Source: an uncultured virus (IMG/VR IMGVR_UViG_3300047312_000104) (lineage: Duplodnaviria; Heunggongvirae; Uroviricota; Caudoviricetes). From it: a DNA stretch of 35,059 nucleotides. Below the pieces are notes generated by a model. The model worked only from the letters and a program-made list of their open reading frames with translations. It did no database searches and was not told the origin of the DNA. The position numbers were made by a program, and so were the translations under genes. The DNA lies in IMG/VR virus record IMGVR_UViG_3300047312_000104; one strand, 5' to 3'. This document shows positions 31,704 to 35,059 of this stretch, one piece after another; position 1 is the stretch's first letter, and each line of letters begins with the position of its first letter.

Positions 31704-34700
31704 CTAGGCTACCATCTCTTCGTCATCATCGTCGTCATCCATGAACGCAATCATCTCCTCCTTGGACTTCTTCTCGCCCCACCTGTATGGAAACACTTCG
31801 ATATCGACGTCCAAATGCTTATCCGTACCTGGGATGCAGTTGTAGGTAGACATAGCCATATGGATGACCTCTGTCATCTCCTTCACCTGATGCTTCCCGA
31901 CTTCAATCAGGAACGCGTCATGGATGGGAAGACAGACTTTGTACGCCAACTTACGACCAAGATCAGTCTTGTACCTAAAACGCCTCAGCATAACTCCGGC
32001 CTGGCCGAGCAAGAAAGCCACCGTGCCCTGGATGGGGCTATTGGAGGCTTCCCGGCGAGCCGCAGCCTGCTGGGACTGAGACAGCTCTTGGATACCGTGA
32101 AAGTAGCGACGGAAATCAAAGGCGTTGGCCACATACCCGTGATCGATCGCGAACTGCATGTTGGTCTGCAACCAAGCCCATGCGGTTGGAAACCGATCAG
32201 CCAAGCTACGAATAATCTTGGTGCATTCCTCTGGGGTGACGTTCTTGCCCGTGGCTTTCGAAATCTCGCGTGACAGGGCATATTCAGCTCTGCCATACAT
32301 GACGCCGAAATTCACAGTCTTGGCAGCAACCCGAAGTTCCGGCCACCTGGTCTTTATCTCACCAACCCAAGCATCGTAGATCTTAGACTCCCCACGGCCC
32401 GCAGCGGCAATCGCCTCCCCCATGGTCTCTAGGACGGGGAGCTGGAATGCGATAGCGGCCATCTCGGCGTGGAGGTCTCTCCCCTGGGCGATGATATCGA
32501 TGAGAGCCTGGTCGCCTGAACAGTATGCCCATACGCAGATCTCAGCAGTCTTAAAATCGACTTCGATCAGAACATTCCCTGGTTCTGGCACGAAAGCGGT
32601 TTTGAAATTGACGAGATTAAGCCGTTCCTCAAATGGAATCCATTCGGCCCCTAGCTTCTCCTTGTTCTTATCATTGGTCCGCCGCTTGTACTCATCGGCC
32701 TTCTCGCCGTTCCGTTGACGATCCAGGAAGATCTCAAGGACTGCCTCTTCCTGACGCTTGGGGTTGGTTTGGAGGTTCGCTGCCCGCATGGAATAGCGCC
32801 CTGTGGCGGTCATCTGGTTGAAATGGCCGCGTACGCGCCCATCGGCCCAGATGTTATTCCCTATGTTCTTACCAGGTTCCCGGTATCCGTGTTCATTGGT
32901 GCCAGGCTCGGTCAGGTAAGTGCTAAGAAATTTACCCAAGACCGACAGCTGCTTGAGCTGCTTGATATGAACATTCTCTTTATGCTTCTGATACAGGAGA
33001 TCCAAGGTCGCGGCCTTGGTGGACGGCGAGTGTCTGGTCTCCTGCCCATCCTTAATGATCTTACTCCACTCCTTGGGGTACTTGGCGGTATTGTAGAGCG
33101 GGTCTAGGGCGAGAAGCAGAGCCTCCTTGGGAGGGTCCTTCTTGCCCTTGTACTTGGCCTTGCTGAATAGGAAGGTCGCCTTGTTCTGAGGAGAATTTGG
33201 GTTGAAGGACGGCCATTTGATAGAAGTCCTGAAGGCTTCCAGGATGGCGTTGTACTCGGGTTCGTACATGGCCCGGATCTGGGCGATCCTGGCTTCGTCG
33301 ACCTTGATCCCTTGCCGCTCAACATCCATCAGGTGAAGAGAGATCGGCATCACGTAGGTCTTGAACAGATTGTCCAAGTCAGGGTGGGCCGCCAATTCGG
33401 CCATGAGCTTCATCGCTATCCTGTACGTCACATCGGCGTCCAAGAGAGCATAGGGGACCAAGAGTTCATGGGGGACCAGCCGGTACCCGTACTGAAGGAT
33501 CTCGGACCTAGAACGCTTATGAGGCACCATTACCGGCACATCGGTGTCGGCTAGCATGACCGCACCAGTGACAGGATCTTTGAGCTTAGTCTGCTCCCAA
33601 ACCAGTTCCTGGGTGCCCCTCTTACGCTTCTGGACCTGAACCACTGGGTCGGAATCCAGCCAGTTCTCCAGGTCCATCCAGTAGGCCCCAAAGTCGGGCT
33701 CGTAGCGACGGACCAGGTGGTCCAACCCGTGCGACTCATCCCCTTCTCCTCCGTAGAGGATCCAGTGGGCCAGCATGGTATCGAACCCGTCCTCTAACCG
33801 GTCCTGGAAGTCCATCCCCTCTCGGTACGCCATGTCGACGTCAACCCGGAGATGCTGGCCTATCAGCCTAACCTCCTTCCGGTTGAACATCCGGGTGATG
33901 GCAGCTTTGATGCGCTCAAGAGTCTCTGGGGAGTGGATCGCTACCCCTTCTTCTCCCCTGAACTTGATCAGGGCAGCCTTCCCGGGACCCCAGGAGAGCT
34001 GAAAGGTCAGGATGTAGTTGTGTTCATCCCGGCCGGTGTCATTACCGAACTCAGTATCGATCGATACCCAGGTGGCCTTCTCGTCGATGAGGGTTTGTTC
34101 GAGCGCTTCGACCTGTTCGGCGGTCTCGCAAACCCTATACCCCTCGTACCATTTGGGGGCTTGGACGTATCCCTTGAGGGCACACTGGAGGGCTCTGGTG
34201 AGTTCCGATTGGAACACATCAACGCCACCCCGGGACGTGGAGAACGTCAGGGGCGACACCGTTGGGATCACCGGGATCCCGTGCCACTCGTGAACTGACC
34301 CGCGCATCTTGTCCATCTTGGCATCGTTACCAAACAGGGACTTGAGCGCGTCGGCTCCGAAGGTCAGGATCGCCTTGGGGGCACAGGCGTAACAGTCGGC
34401 CTTCACGTACGGTTGGCATGACAGCTTGTGGGACATCCCATAGGTCATCCCATCCGGGACCGCGAATCTGAGCGCGTGGGTGACCATGCACTCCTCAGGG
34501 GAGATCCCGGCCTGGCGGAGCTGCTCCTTCAGGAACGCTCCGATCTCGTCCAACATCGGCTGCCGGAAAGCTAGTTCGAGTTCTCGAACGAATGGCAGGA
34601 CCAACATGAAGTCAGCCGTGTCCCACCCCAGCTTGGATGCCCCAACCCTCGTGACCGGCATGTGGAACCGATCGGTCATGCCAGCCTGGGGGAGAACCTT

Positions 34701-34823
34701 CAGTTCATTCCCGACCATGTAACTGAACCACGTGGGGGTCAGGGTTGAGTAATTCGATACCCTGAACCCCTCGTGGGCTTCATGGAGCTTGATCAGATCG
34801 TCAGGAGGGAACCGAATGGTCAA
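31704..34823 (-). CDS. polA: family A DNA polymerase with N-terminal UDG-like domain and 3'-5' exonuclease
   Basis: Exo DTE / FDTM / YALLDAD; TATGRYS..NLQ; motif A DFKTAE; motif B RVAAKTVNFGVMYG; NSPIQG; motif C IHDA; N-terminal PKAILTFGADALK...IPVIPTVSP UDG family 4-like pattern. Confidence 0.95.
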   Translation of the reverse strand: MTIRFPPDDLIKLHEAHEGFRVSNYSTLTPTWFSYMVGNELKVLPQAGMTDRFHMPVTRVGASKLGWDTADFMLVLPFVRELELAFRQPMLDEIGAFLKEQLRQAGISPEECMVTHALRFAVPDGMTYGMSHKLSCQPYVKADCYACAPKAILTFGADALKSLFGNDAKMDKMRGSVHEWHGIPVIPTVSPLTFSTSRGGVDVFQSELTRALQCALKGYVQAPKWYEGYRVCETAEQVEALEQTLIDEKATWVSIDTEFGNDTGRDEHNYILTFQLSWGPGKAALIKFRGEEGVAIHSPETLERIKAAITRMFNRKEVRLIGQHLRVDVDMAYREGMDFQDRLEDGFDTMLAHWILYGGEGDESHGLDHLVRRYEPDFGAYWMDLENWLDSDPVVQVQKRKRGTQELVWEQTKLKDPVTGAVMLADTDVPVMVPHKRSRSEILQYGYRLVPHELLVPYALLDADVTYRIAMKLMAELAAHPDLDNLFKTYVMPISLHLMDVERQGIKVDEARIAQIRAMYEPEYNAILEAFRTSIKWPSFNPNSPQNKATFLFSKAKYKGKKDPPKEALLLALDPLYNTAKYPKEWSKIIKDGQETRHSPSTKAATLDLLYQKHKENVHIKQLKQLSVLGKFLSTYLTEPGTNEHGYREPGKNIGNNIWADGRVRGHFNQMTATGRYSMRAANLQTNPKRQEEAVLEIFLDRQRNGEKADEYKRRTNDKNKEKLGAEWIPFEERLNLVNFKTAFVPEPGNVLIEVDFKTAEICVWAYCSGDQALIDIIAQGRDLHAEMAAIAFQLPVLETMGEAIAAAGRGESKIYDAWVGEIKTRWPELRVAAKTVNFGVMYGRAEYALSREISKATGKNVTPEECTKIIRSLADRFPTAWAWLQTNMQFAIDHGYVANAFDFRRYFHGIQELSQSQQAAARREASNSPIQGTVAFLLGQAGVMLRRFRYKTDLGRKLAYKVCLPIHDAFLIEVGKHQVKEMTEVIHMAMSTYNCIPGTDKHLDVDIEVFPYRWGEKKSKEEMIAFMDDDDDDEEMVA

Positions 34824-35059
34824 AGGACCGTCCTTCTTGGTACTTGGGCTAAAAGCTCAATCATTCCGTGGATCCCAATATCTGCGGGATCCGGAACAGT
34901 CAAGTGCGGATCCGGCGGCTGCCGAGCATCCTTGGGAGTATTCTGTCGCGCAACCTCGTAGTCGAGCCAGCGCTTAGCCATATCGAGAATCGAGTCTGGA
35001 TACCGGATGAGGACAACGGGACCCTTGCAGTACTTGGCCAGCTTGTCCCTGACCCGATG
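34820..35059 (-). CDS. C-terminal fragment of probable DNA primase (5' truncated)
   Basis: 80 open codons to TGA overlapping the pol TTG start; DPAD motif like a TOPRIM C-terminus; position upstream of polymerase. Confidence 0.45.
   Translation of the reverse strand, partial: HRVRDKLAKYCKGPVVLIRYPDSILDMAKRWLDYEVARQNTPKDARQPPDPHLTVPDPADIGIHGMIELLAQVPRRTVL

Noticed and set aside
15276..34823. Inteins or introns in nrdJ, helicase, recA-like or polymerase genes
   Set aside because: Reading frames are continuous, with no C...HN splice motifs or LAGLIDADG blocks; polymerase insertions are too short
1..35059. All other plus-strand and nested minus-strand ORFs in the track
   Set aside because: Each overlaps a better-supported, tiled minus-strand gene and shows no motif support
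1..35059. CRISPR array, tRNA, rRNA, transposase or integrase
   Set aside because: No spaced direct repeats or cloverleaf seen; GTTCGAATC-like strings (near 8840 and 30960) lie inside coding genes; a manual scan could miss degenerate elements
1..35059. Stop-codon reassignment as seen in some large phages
   Set aside because: TAA, TAG and TGA all end genes at tiled boundaries, and conserved enzymes are full length in the standard code

Overview
Gene-dense segment of a large double-stranded DNA bacteriophage or phage-like element. Essentially all of about 65 genes lie on the minus strand, tiled head-to-tail with frequent ATGA/TAATG/GTGA overlaps. In transcription order (right to left) it carries a replication/recombination module: a probable primase C-terminus, a family A DNA polymerase with a degenerate N-terminal uracil-DNA-glycosylase-like domain, an SSB-like protein, a divergent RecA, a DUF1016-N-like protein, a RusA-like resolvase, RuvB, a PolB-type 3'-5' exonuclease, an AAA ATPase, a Pif1/RecD-like helicase and a class II (B12) ribonucleotide reductase. 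An accessory region follows with a cyclic-phosphate-processing receiver domain, an LpxR-like outer-membrane enzyme, an HNH nuclease, a candidate lysis trio (3D-domain protein, TM plus beta-signal protein, holin-like protein), a stand-alone RuvA, a prepilin-signal protein, a cupin-like protein, a SpoT/Mesh1-type HD alarmone hydrolase, three small paralogs, a methyltransferase-like protein and a MazG-like pyrophosphatase. The most notable points are an apparently complete phage-encoded RecA-RuvAB-RusA Holliday junction pathway with ruvA and ruvB about 12 kb apart, several envelope-targeted proteins implying a diderm host, and recurring non-coding motifs. All calls come from motif reading by eye; no database searches were run. 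No tRNA, rRNA, CRISPR array or transposase was recognised.
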